A DNA stretch of 63,060 nucleotides, filler included, from an uncultured Chlamydiae bacterium (GTDB lineage: Bacteria > Chlamydiota > Chlamydiia > Chlamydiales > SM23-39): assembly GCA_937899275.1 (NCBI GenBank). It is 5 parts of 5 records of this genome, joined end to end, with 100 filler letters (N's around TTAATTAATTAA, not from the genome) between each part and the next. Parts side by side here need not be neighbours in the genome. Positions count along the whole stretch, not along the records: positions 1 to 16,015 come from CALBPE010000043.1; positions 16,116 to 35,466 come from CALBPE010000046.1; 3 more parts are not named here. The stretch is one strand, 5' to 3'. Within the stretch, counting starts at the first letter, position 1; each line of letters begins with the position of its first letter. Under the pieces are notes generated by a model that had not been told where the DNA came from, made no database searches, and was given only the letters and a program-made list of their open reading frames with translations. The position numbers and the translations under genes are program-made. This document shows positions 8,811 to 17,836 of this stretch, piece by piece.

Positions 8811-11800
8811 TTATTTAAGCTTTTCTATTTTTTGGGAAATTCTAAGTATCCTTTGAGCTGTAACTAGCACGTCTGTAACCATCGAAGGAATAGTCTCGTT
8901 TCCGACGTGTTTATCCGGATGTGTAAGTGCAATTATTTCGTTATATTTCATCGTCTTCTGTTGGTTAAGATCAGTGGTACATAACTCTGGTAATTTTTGA
9001 ACAAAAGTTACCATGTCTTTGTGCGTTTCGCGTGCCTTCTCTATGCAAGATACTATAAGACTGAGCTGCTTTTTTTGTTCCCTTTGTATTGCATTTTCTA
9101 GTTCCGCTATTTTTTCCTTGAGTTCGTTATCATATTTTTCCGATCTTTGCGCAGCCTTTAGAATGGCCGTAACAGCTGCGGCTAATTTTATGTTTCCGGG
9201 GTTTTTCTGTGGATTCGCCAAAACAAGATATTCTGCTACTTTCCACCTGTTTCTTATCTTATTAGATAAAGTATCCCAATCATCAGTACTCTTGACAGGT
9301 GTAAGTTTCTTTATGAGGATATTTCCCAATCGTTTTACTAAAGGCTTCGCTTTAGTCAGTTCTGTTAGCCGTGATTCGAGTTGGCTCGTTTCTTTTGTTT
9401 GTTGATTCTCAAGTTCTGTTTTTTGTGTCTTCTTGCTTTTAGGAATATCACTGCGTGTACTTTTATTTTCTTTTTGTGCTTCTTTTCTCGTCTTTTCTTT
9501 AAATTTAAAAATTTTATTCTCAATTGCTTTTGCTGTTTTTTCACTTATATCATGATAAGTATCCATTTTTTCGCTCAGCGTTAGGCTTGTTAGAAGTTCT
9601 TCTTTGTTTAGGGTCGGTAGTATGGTGTCGATTTCTTCATTACCTAAAGGATTTTTTGGTAATTTTACGGCTTCGTTCATCAGTTGATCAGTTATTTGTA
9701 CTAAGTGTGTTAGTGGCAAATTACTTTTTTGATGTAGAATTTCCTTCAGGCTTTCTCTTCTCTTATTTATCGAAGGCATAATTCGGGTGTCAACGAATGT
9801 TTTACGAGCTTCTGCTGTAAATAGAAAAAGACATTTTTGGATGAATATATTCATCAGGTCTTCATCGGTAAGCTCATATTTTTTCAGTTGAGATAGTTTC
9901 TGTTTTACTTCGGATTTCCATATAGCCTCGTTAGGAAGCGCATTTTTTTTGTTTACTTTAAATTGATCAAACCAGGAATCGGCAAATACCTGTAGCCATT
10001 CTTTATCGGAAAGTGCATTAAGTAAATATTTTATGAGTGCAGTCTGACCGAGTTTTTTTAACTCTTGCCGACTTTTTGCGGTATGTGGAGCTCTTGGGTG
10101 AGTTAATGCACTACTGACTAATTTAGTAAATTCTTCATCAGTCACGTCTTTGAAACTATTTTTGAATTTTTCTTGTATCTTTTGTAAATGACCGTTGTTT
10201 TTCAAGAGGGATGTTTTATTTTTGAATACGCTAGATCCTTTTTCTTTTACTTCAGTTTTTACTGCGTTTAGCCAATCTTTATTAGATGGACTATGTACAA
10301 TTGTTTTGAACGAAGCTAGATTGAGGTTTGTATCAGTTTCCGTTTTAGGAGTGCTATTATTTGTTCCATTTGCTTTATGTTCAGATTCTTTCTTTTTAAA
10401 GAAGAAGTTTCGATTTGCTTTATGTTCAGACTCTTTCTTTTCAAAGAAGAGGTGTTTATATTGCTTAAGTGTATCTCGAATACCCTGGGACCCGCTTTTT
10501 AAGTGTAAGGCGTCCTGCCATAATATTTTATAATCAGATGCACTCAACCCTGGTAATGATTTCATGCGATCTAGCAATATCTGAAGGCCATCCCTATATT
10601 GTTTCTCTATTGCTATTTGTGCGTATACAATGTAATCCTTAAGTTTTAATAATTCTCCCATGTGATATAGCAATGTTTTAAGGCTATCCGTATGTTTTTC
10701 CTGTATTGCTATTTTTACATAGTTAGAGTAATTAAGATCTGCTCCTAATCTTATAGTATTTAAGAAGGAATCTAGTACGTTTTGTAAGTCTAGTCGCTCG
10801 TTCTCTTGCTGCTTCTTTATAATTCTTCGGATGACATATTCTATGTGAAAGTTACCTGCTATTTTCGTCAAGATACGAATTTCCCGATTTTCAATAGCAT
10901 GATCTACCAAAGCATCAGCTCTATCTAAGCCTATATCTAGCAGGTAATTTAGAAGCCTGGCTCGATTATCGGATCGATTGATACTATTCAATTCTTCGAT
11001 AACTGGAGCGCTACTTTGTGGATCAAATATGAATTTACTGCGCTCACGAATATCATACAGCAGCCCCATTGTTCGTTCAAAGTTAGAACCCTGTTTTTTT
11101 TCTTGTTTAATAATACTAAGAACAAACGCAGGGTAATTCATTTTGATACCTGAGTCGATAATACACGTGAAAAACCTAGAAGATTTGGATTGAAATATCG
11201 ATGCGAAGTGGTCGTTAGTTATAATACTATAGCCTGAGGCTTTAAGTAATTGTAATCCCCATTTCAATCTTTGTTCATATCGCCATGCTATTTCTTGAGG
11301 GCCTTTTTTCCTATCTAGCACCCATCCCACAAGTTGTGGTATACGACGACTATTATTCTTTAGGTGTTGCATTAAAGTTGTTAAGCAGCTCGTAGCTTCA
11401 TTTTGAGCGATATGCTGCATACTAGAGGGGTTTAATTTAAAGCCTTTCTGTAACAGTTTCTCCAACAATATCGGCTTTAGCAGCTCTTTCGTTTTAATCC
11501 AGTTGCTGTAGTCTATGGATTCGCATGTAGTCTTCTTCCATTTGTTAAAAATTATGTCATGGTTAGCCGGAGTAGCCAAAAACTCGTGGATAGACTTACA
11601 ATTCGTCTCGTTTGCGTTTGTCAGTAGAATATCCAAGTATATTGGATCTTCATTTTGAGCGATACGCTGCATACTAGCGGGGTTTAGGACAAAGCCTTCC
11701 TGTAGGAGTTTACGCAACAATACCTGCTTTTTCGGTGTATGCGTTGACCCCATAATATAGGATGTTTGTTCATTGCCTGTAGTCTTTTTCCATGTCTCAA

Positions 11801-14291
11801 AAATAATGTCGTGGTAGTCTACATTCTGTAAAAAGCCTCGAATAGAGCGGAAATTTTTCTCTGCAATTGCTGCTTTTATATTGTTTTCAATAAATGTTTT
11901 GATAGGGCTATGCGTCTCGGGCTTAAGGGAATGATCATATGCGTGTTTTTGTAAGATTTCCAATAGATTGTCTTCATGATCAATCTCTCCCTCTTGCACA
12001 GCTGTAAGAAAATGTTCGAGAGATGCCACCTTATTTTGATTAATGTAGATATGCATCAGTTCGGATACACCGTGTACTGACAATATGTCTGCTTCCTGCA
12101 TCTGAATCGTTACTGTGTTTTGCTGCTTGATATCTTGCATTTTTGCAATACATGCAGCTATATGCTTATACGGACCGAGGTAGAGACTATTTTCGTGCAG
12201 TAATTCCAGTGCTTTGATATCTGCTTTTCGAATCAGTATCTTCGTGATTTCAAGATGTATCCCCTTATTCTTGACGATAGGCCATAGAGCCTTTAATGCG
12301 GCAGTATTTTTTTTGTTGATATGATCCTGAATTAGCTCTGTTATATATTGTTCTTTTAATGCACCTGCTTCACTGAATTTAGTCAGTAGTGACAGTTGGT
12401 TTTCAGAAGGTTCGTTAGCAATATGTGTCACTATTGATCTATGCTGATTAAATGCGGGTATATTGACTAGTTGGATCAGCATTTTGGTGTCTTTTTCCTT
12501 AATTAGTTTTTCAACTATTTGATCAGATATTTTTGATTCTACCGTAGCGGCCCATATGGAACCGAGTGCTTCATTGTTGTTAGCTTCGCCATGATGCTTG
12601 AGAAGGTCTATTGCATCTTTGGCTTGCAATACTTTTTTTTCTAGCAGCGTTTTTACTACCTTAGCTTGGATTTGGGAAGGTGCGTTCCTAATATATGAAA
12701 GTATTTGTTCAGGGCAGCCTAGTTGTAATACATTTTTGGCTAGCGCTGCGAGTACATCGGTATTTCCCTTTTTAATCAGTTGTTCGACAATTTTATGAGA
12801 GATTTCTTGCGTCCTCATTACATCCCATAAACCCTCTAATGCGGGATTATTTTCAGTCTTGGTATGCTCGTTGAGTAGATCTATTGCATGTTGAGCCGTC
12901 CACACCTTTTTCTTTAATAGCATTGTTACTACATTTACTTGGGTTGCAAGAGAGTTGGTGTTTGCAATATATAAAACTATAGTATTATGATGGCTTAAAA
13001 AAACTACATTTTTAACTAGTTGTTTAAGTGCAAGAATATGTCCTTTTTGAATCAGTTCTTTTATTTCCTCAGGTTCTAGCTTTAGGGCCTCAATGGCCTT
13101 GCTTATAGTCCCTATTCCTCGAAGATCCTCCTTCTGGGCATATTTCTTGAGCTTATTTATTGTCTCTTCATTGCTTGGACCTTCGTTTTCTCTTGACGGG
13201 TGAAATAGAGCGTCTGTTCGATTAGATTTGAAATCTAGTTTTTCATCATCAATAGATTCGGTTTCAGATAGGGAAGGTGTTGCAAGCCTGTTGTCTGAAT
13301 TGTCATTATCTTTGCTGTCCAAACGTTCTTTAGTATCTTGAGGGAGGAAAGATTCTACCTGTTCAGCGGTTAATTTTCCTTTAATTTGAAGTGCAAGCAA
13401 CATCTCTGTTTTTACTGTATTAGATTGGATCGTTTGAATACATTGTAGAAGTTGTTCTTTTGAAGGTAGGCTTATTCCCTTGTCAATTAATATTCCCAGT
13501 AATTGAATCTGTCCATTTTCAATAATAGCTCTAACTGTATCATCAGCCAGTAGTACTTTATCCATTTTAGAACATAACCGTTTGACTTCTAGAAATTTTT
13601 TATCCTTGATTAGGTTCGATAAAGTCCGTATGTTTGGTTTCAATCCAGATGTAATTAGTTGCCCTATGATGTTTTTTTGGACGGATATATTACGGATTGA
13701 TAAAGCTGCATTAAAAATTTTTATTCGGTCCATGCTGGAGTGATGTACGAGTAATGCGTTGAATACGTTCAAAGAGCTTCTCTCGTTCCATGCTTGAATC
13801 AATTGGATTAGCGCTTCTTCTCTAGATTCTTTTGTGCTGTCGGGCATGTGCTTTCCAAGCATGTAGAGCAAATCAATATGGTTTTGCTTTAATGCTTCTT
13901 TTACAGGGCACATTGTTTTAGTAGGGGTCTTGGTACATATCTTTCCCTTAATCATCGTGGCTGCAAGCGGGTATTGTCTACGTTTAATTGCTTCTGTAAT
14001 GTATTTCTGAGAAAGGCCTTCAGTATGGATGCCAAGACATTTGTATGCTAAAAGAGTCGTCCTAAGAGCTAACGTCGATTCTTGCCATACAGCCAGCTGT
14101 AACATGGAATCGGTATGAAATATTCTGTCTTTAATTGCTCTGTATAAATAAACCGGGCTTGCCGCAAGAAAAGTGAAAAATTTGTAAACGAATTTGGAGA
14201 TTTTTTGGATCCTCTCTTGGACAGTTGAGGGCCTCGAAAATCGAATTTCACGTGAAGACGGAGTTTTTGGTGATTGATTTGAAACAGTCAT
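8811..14291 (-). CDS. Very large helical-repeat protein with C-terminal HPD (J-domain-like) motif; candidate effector
   Basis: Uninterrupted ORF (track start 14426). ATG 14291 (MTVSNQSPKTPSS) lies just downstream of a promoter-like element. Internal ~91-aa and ~84-aa repeats. YNEIIALTHPDKH near the C-terminus. Confidence 0.8.
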   Translation of the reverse strand: MTVSNQSPKTPSSREIRFSRPSTVQERIQKISKFVYKFFTFLAASPVYLYRAIKDRIFHTDSMLQLAVWQESTLALRTTLLAYKCLGIHTEGLSQKYITEAIKRRQYPLAATMIKGKICTKTPTKTMCPVKEALKQNHIDLLYMLGKHMPDSTKESREEALIQLIQAWNERSSLNVFNALLVHHSSMDRIKIFNAALSIRNISVQKNIIGQLITSGLKPNIRTLSNLIKDKKFLEVKRLCSKMDKVLLADDTVRAIIENGQIQLLGILIDKGISLPSKEQLLQCIQTIQSNTVKTEMLLALQIKGKLTAEQVESFLPQDTKERLDSKDNDNSDNRLATPSLSETESIDDEKLDFKSNRTDALFHPSRENEGPSNEETINKLKKYAQKEDLRGIGTISKAIEALKLEPEEIKELIQKGHILALKQLVKNVVFLSHHNTIVLYIANTNSLATQVNVVTMLLKKKVWTAQHAIDLLNEHTKTENNPALEGLWDVMRTQEISHKIVEQLIKKGNTDVLAALAKNVLQLGCPEQILSYIRNAPSQIQAKVVKTLLEKKVLQAKDAIDLLKHHGEANNNEALGSIWAATVESKISDQIVEKLIKEKDTKMLIQLVNIPAFNQHRSIVTHIANEPSENQLSLLTKFSEAGALKEQYITELIQDHINKKNTAALKALWPIVKNKGIHLEITKILIRKADIKALELLHENSLYLGPYKHIAACIAKMQDIKQQNTVTIQMQEADILSVHGVSELMHIYINQNKVASLEHFLTAVQEGEIDHEDNLLEILQKHAYDHSLKPETHSPIKTFIENNIKAAIAEKNFRSIRGFLQNVDYHDIIFETWKKTTGNEQTSYIMGSTHTPKKQVLLRKLLQEGFVLNPASMQRIAQNEDPIYLDILLTNANETNCKSIHEFLATPANHDIIFNKWKKTTCESIDYSNWIKTKELLKPILLEKLLQKGFKLNPSSMQHIAQNEATSCLTTLMQHLKNNSRRIPQLVGWVLDRKKGPQEIAWRYEQRLKWGLQLLKASGYSIITNDHFASIFQSKSSRFFTCIIDSGIKMNYPAFVLSIIKQEKKQGSNFERTMGLLYDIRERSKFIFDPQSSAPVIEELNSINRSDNRARLLNYLLDIGLDRADALVDHAIENREIRILTKIAGNFHIEYVIRRIIKKQQENERLDLQNVLDSFLNTIRLGADLNYSNYVKIAIQEKHTDSLKTLLYHMGELLKLKDYIVYAQIAIEKQYRDGLQILLDRMKSLPGLSASDYKILWQDALHLKSGSQGIRDTLKQYKHLFFEKKESEHKANRNFFFKKKESEHKANGTNNSTPKTETDTNLNLASFKTIVHSPSNKDWLNAVKTEVKEKGSSVFKNKTSLLKNNGHLQKIQEKFKNSFKDVTDEEFTKLVSSALTHPRAPHTAKSRQELKKLGQTALIKYLLNALSDKEWLQVFADSWFDQFKVNKKNALPNEAIWKSEVKQKLSQLKKYELTDEDLMNIFIQKCLFLFTAEARKTFVDTRIMPSINKRRESLKEILHQKSNLPLTHLVQITDQLMNEAVKLPKNPLGNEEIDTILPTLNKEELLTSLTLSEKMDTYHDISEKTAKAIENKIFKFKEKTRKEAQKENKSTRSDIPKSKKTQKTELENQQTKETSQLESRLTELTKAKPLVKRLGNILIKKLTPVKSTDDWDTLSNKIRNRWKVAEYLVLANPQKNPGNIKLAAAVTAILKAAQRSEKYDNELKEKIAELENAIQREQKKQLSLIVSCIEKARETHKDMVTFVQKLPELCTTDLNQQKTMKYNEIIALTHPDKHVGNETIPSMVTDVLVTAQRILRISQKIEKLK
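10368..10452. repeat. In-frame 45-nt-period tandem duplication inside the large gene
   Basis: ATTTGCTTTATGTTCAGAtTCTTTCTTTTtAAAGAAGA occurs at 10368 and again at 10413 with few mismatches, encoding FFxKKESEHKAN twice. Confidence 0.9.
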
Positions 14292-14320
14292 TTTTATTTT
14301 TTTGTTAAATTTTAATTGAT

Positions 14321-14349
14321 ATTCTACAGTTTTATAGAAAAAAAATCGA
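14321..14349 (-). promoter_or_regulatory. Putative sigma66/sigma70 promoter of the large gene
   Basis: Minus strand TCGATT-17 nt-TAGAAT, about 30 nt upstream of ATG 14291. Confidence 0.5.
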
Positions 14350-14950
14350 GCAAAAATTATTGTATCGGCAAATAAATAAAGAAAATTTTTAACAATCTCA
14401 TCTATCCTAGTGAAATGCCCCCTCATGTAAAGTGAACCGACCGGTCTGGATCTACTGTTGAAGAAACCTTACAACCTGCAAAAAATGACTAAGAGCTACA
14501 GGATGAGATCAGGGCTGCTATCTACAAAGTCTATTTATCGATACAGAAGGTTGACGGCAAGGATTATTCCCTCAACAGAAAAAAGGCCCATGCCGACAAG
14601 GTTAGCAACCAATGCAAAAAACGCCGGCGAGCGCTCGGATGACTTTAGCGTACAATACCGCAAGGTCAAGCCGGTACATATAGCGCTCTCACTGGAAAAA
14701 CTAGATGAATAGTTTGAAGATGATACTAAAAAAGCGCCTCATACGGCCTTAAAAACACTTTCGTCATATAGAGCATATAGAAAAAGCGAAGTTAGCAGGT
14801 TAGTGGTACATTTTTTTCGGGGCTACTCCATTTGTGGATGTGCAATTAGGGTAAAGCGTTTATATTGTGATCTTGTTGTTGGTTTCATTCGATCTAGTAA
14901 ATAAGCAAGGCAATCGGCATTTTGTCTTTTAATTGCTGCTTCTATATTAG

Positions 14951-15230
14951 CTAAGCTGCACGAGATGTTGCAATGATCTTGCTGATGATCGTTTTTTCGG
15001 TAGTACTTTTATCATCTTTTCCATAGAGTAATAGTATGATTAAGGCCGGATAGTTTCCATATTCAATAACCTCATGGATTAACTCATCATCTACAGGTAG
15101 GCCCGTCTGACGACAAAGTTTTAAAATACGTCTTCGAGTATCATCATCTTGTATACTGTATAATGCGCCCTTAATTAGAACACTATATAGAAAACTAAGT
15201 TCGATTTTTTCTCGTGGTAAATCTCTTCAA
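14951..15230 (-). pseudogene. Decayed fragment of a helical-repeat protein, possibly paralogous to 8811..14291
   Basis: Start-less open frame LIKGALYSIQDDDTRRRILKLCRQTGLPVDDELIHEVIEYGNYPALIILL, resembling segments of the large protein by eye. Boundaries approximate. Confidence 0.4.
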
Positions 15231-15569
15231 TCATCTTAACAAGGATCTGATTGTTTGGCAGACTACTATCATCTGCATTTATTTGTTGTATGATCCTAAA
15301 AATAAAAGCAGGACAATAGATGACAATTCCTGAACGTAGAATATCACGCAACATAGAAGGGTTTTTGGATCGGAGGAATTTGCCAAGGTGATGAAAGATA
15401 GCGATGCCCCAGAACCCTCTAAATTAGGCGGATACTTCGAGGTCTGAGCAAAAAAGGGGAGGAAACCAGTTGAAAAAGCGATGCAAGATGGGATTGATAA
15501 TCCCACAAAATTTCTGGGGTTTTATTGCCAATGGCTCTTGATCAATGCAGAGAAGATCGAAGAGTCCGC

Positions 15570-16015
15570 CTAGCCTTTCTTTTTCTTCTTGAGGTCTTTT
15601 CTGAGCTCAGTCTCTATCTGCTCAATGGTAGGGAGGCTGGGCTTTAAATCTCGTGGCAAGGATTTTACAATGAGCTCATAACTCGAAACACTGATCGGTT
15701 TTTTTAGATTCCGCACAGCATACTCAACCTTGAGTTTCTTTTTTGTCTTGCATAGAAGAATCCCAATAGTAGGGCGATCTTCTGTGTGCCGCAACGTATC
15801 ATCAACAGCAGACAGATAAAAATTGATCTGCCCCACGTCTTTTGGATCAAAATCCTTTGCTTTGAGCTCCACAACGATATAGCACCTGAGCTTCGTATGG
15901 AAAAAGAGCAGATCTATGTAGTAGGTGTCGCCTTCCACACAAATGGGATATTGTCTCCCTATAAAGGCAAACCCCTCTCCCAATTCGAGAAGGAATTTTT
16001 GTAGCTGATCCATCA
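15570..16015 (-). CDS. YhcG / DUF1016 PD-(D/E)XK nuclease-domain protein, 5'-truncated by contig end
   Basis: FLLELGEGFAFIGRQ, YIDLLFFH, VVELK, GQINFYL, TIGILLCK. Confidence 0.92.
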
Positions 16016-16115
16016 NNNNNNNNNNNNNNNNNNNNNNNNNNNNNNNNNNNNNNNNNNNNTTAATTAATTAANNNNNNNNNNNNNNNNNNNNNNNNNNNNN
16101 NNNNNNNNNNNNNNN
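16016..16115. other. Artificial contig spacer
   Basis: N44-TTAATTAATTAA-N44, with stops in all six frames. Confidence 0.99.
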
Positions 16116-16810
16116 GGAGAATAGAGCACAATGTGGAGCGTAGTGGCGCTATAATGCGATGATAACCACTCTTTCAATACTTCTGCAGGTATTCCTTCAA
16201 GGGTGCTTTTATTCCCAGTGGAAAACTTACGGTTGGGGTGCTCTGGGTGGCCTGTTTCTTTTGCGACCATGTACGCGCGGCGAAAATCATTACCCACATT
16301 TTTTGCATGTTCTTGATCGACATTGACCAGTTCAGAGGCGATGAGTTCCTGCTTTAATAGTGGGGAAGTGAAAAAATCTGCAAATCGATCGAGTCCTTCA
16401 TCAAAATGTGCGGTATTTACAGAAATCAAATAGACTGTCAGGTTAGGGGCTGTATACGCATTATGCAAGCCGTTATGATCGGAAAGAAACGACGAAAAGC
16501 CGTTACTTGTAGGGTATTTTTCTGTGCCTAAAAACAGCATGTGTTCGAGAAGATGCGCCGTGCCAGGATGACTTTTTGGATCGTCCCAAGAACCTGCATG
16601 AATCGCTACAGCGCAAGCCGATTGCTCTGCTTCTGGATCAGAGATGAGGTAGGCTTTGATTCCATTTTTAAGCAGAATTTTCCCGTAGGAGCGTTTTTGG
16701 AGTGAAGGGGATAAGATGGTGAGATGGGACGTATCGGTAATTTCTTGGTAGGGTATATTTGCAAATCCTGCTGTGGTGAAAAAGATCATATAAGCAAAGA
16801 CTATTTTCAT
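16116..16810 (-). CDS. ptr: Insulinase / pitrilysin family M16 metalloprotease, 3'-truncated
   Basis: Signal peptide, GTAHLLEHMLFLGTEKYP (HxxEH), NAYT and FSTGN. Confidence 0.9.
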
Positions 16811-16819
16811 ATTCGTACC

Positions 16820-17836
16820 TTAGATTAATTGTTGATACCCTTCTATTACCCGATTATAGACCAAATCCCGTTTTGCAGCTCTTATTTCTTGTTTGTTTCC
16901 CCCGTTTTTTTCTACTTCATCTAACGGAATCTCTTCGCCTAAAAATAGCCCCACAGGAACTCTTTTGACCCTCCTTTCTTCCCCCATTTTTGTATGTCTC
17001 TCGTTTGGAGGTGGTAAAAGATGGTAGGTTTGTAAAGCTAGTGGATAAAAACGGGTGATAGAGGAGGCTTTTTTTGCCATTAAGTGCAGCATAGCAATGC
17101 TTTTTTCATCAAAAGGCGCAAGGGTAATTTCCCCATTTTTTTGCATCCTATCTCTTCCTCCACTAGGAGCTACATAGATGCATTTTCCTCCTTGATCTAA
17201 CTGCTCTTTTAATACCTGCATGGTTTTTTTGTTGTGGAGCTGTTTTTCTTCCCGTTTTTCTGGGGGAGTAGCGATGTATTTTCTAGAATAGATGCAAAAA
17301 AGATTGCATCCCAAACTAAACGGTATAGCATGTGGATCTTTGATCACCCTTTCTCCTGCAACGAAAATCAGTTTATCGACAAGAAAAGGGGCTTTTTTTT
17401 CAAGGAGCACAAACATGATCTGCGGATCGACTTCTGTTTGGTGATTGGCAAAAAAAATGGCATTTTCTCCCCGTTTTAGCTGCTGTTCAATCGCCTGCAT
17501 TTTTTCTATGCCGTGCGCAGTCGAATGAGCAAGGTCGATGAGGGGACGAACAAAATCTTTTCCAAAGCTGTGGTAATCGAAAGGATAAAGGATTTTTTCA
17601 TGGTAGCGCCCAAATACATGCATTTGCTGTATTTGCATTTCGATTTTCTCTAACAACTGAAAAAAAAGCGTGTAGACAGAAGAGAGGTTTTCTTTTGGAG
17701 AAATCTCTTGTAGGTATTCTTGAAAAAAATGCTCTAAATTAGCCGCATTTTCTTTTGGAAGAAAGCCCCTCTTTTTTAGATCGTCCAACTTGGAAAGAAA
17801 ACGGATTTTTATCCTTTCAATGTTCGAGTCGTTCAT
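16820..17836 (-). CDS. plsB: Glycerol-3-phosphate acyltransferase, chlamydial/plastid type
   Basis: ANHQTEVDPQ (HX4D), PFSLGCNLFCIYSRKY and YVAPSGGRDR. Confidence 0.9.
   Translation of the reverse strand: MNDSNIERIKIRFLSKLDDLKKRGFLPKENAANLEHFFQEYLQEISPKENLSSVYTLFFQLLEKIEMQIQQMHVFGRYHEKILYPFDYHSFGKDFVRPLIDLAHSTAHGIEKMQAIEQQLKRGENAIFFANHQTEVDPQIMFVLLEKKAPFLVDKLIFVAGERVIKDPHAIPFSLGCNLFCIYSRKYIATPPEKREEKQLHNKKTMQVLKEQLDQGGKCIYVAPSGGRDRMQKNGEITLAPFDEKSIAMLHLMAKKASSITRFYPLALQTYHLLPPPNERHTKMGEERRVKRVPVGLFLGEEIPLDEVEKNGGNKQEIRAAKRDLVYNRVIEGYQQLI

Noticed and set aside
16820..17836. Plant-plastid-like acyltransferase as recent horizontal transfer
   Set aside because: Known chlamydial PlsB in its usual ptr-plsB-RNase G context.
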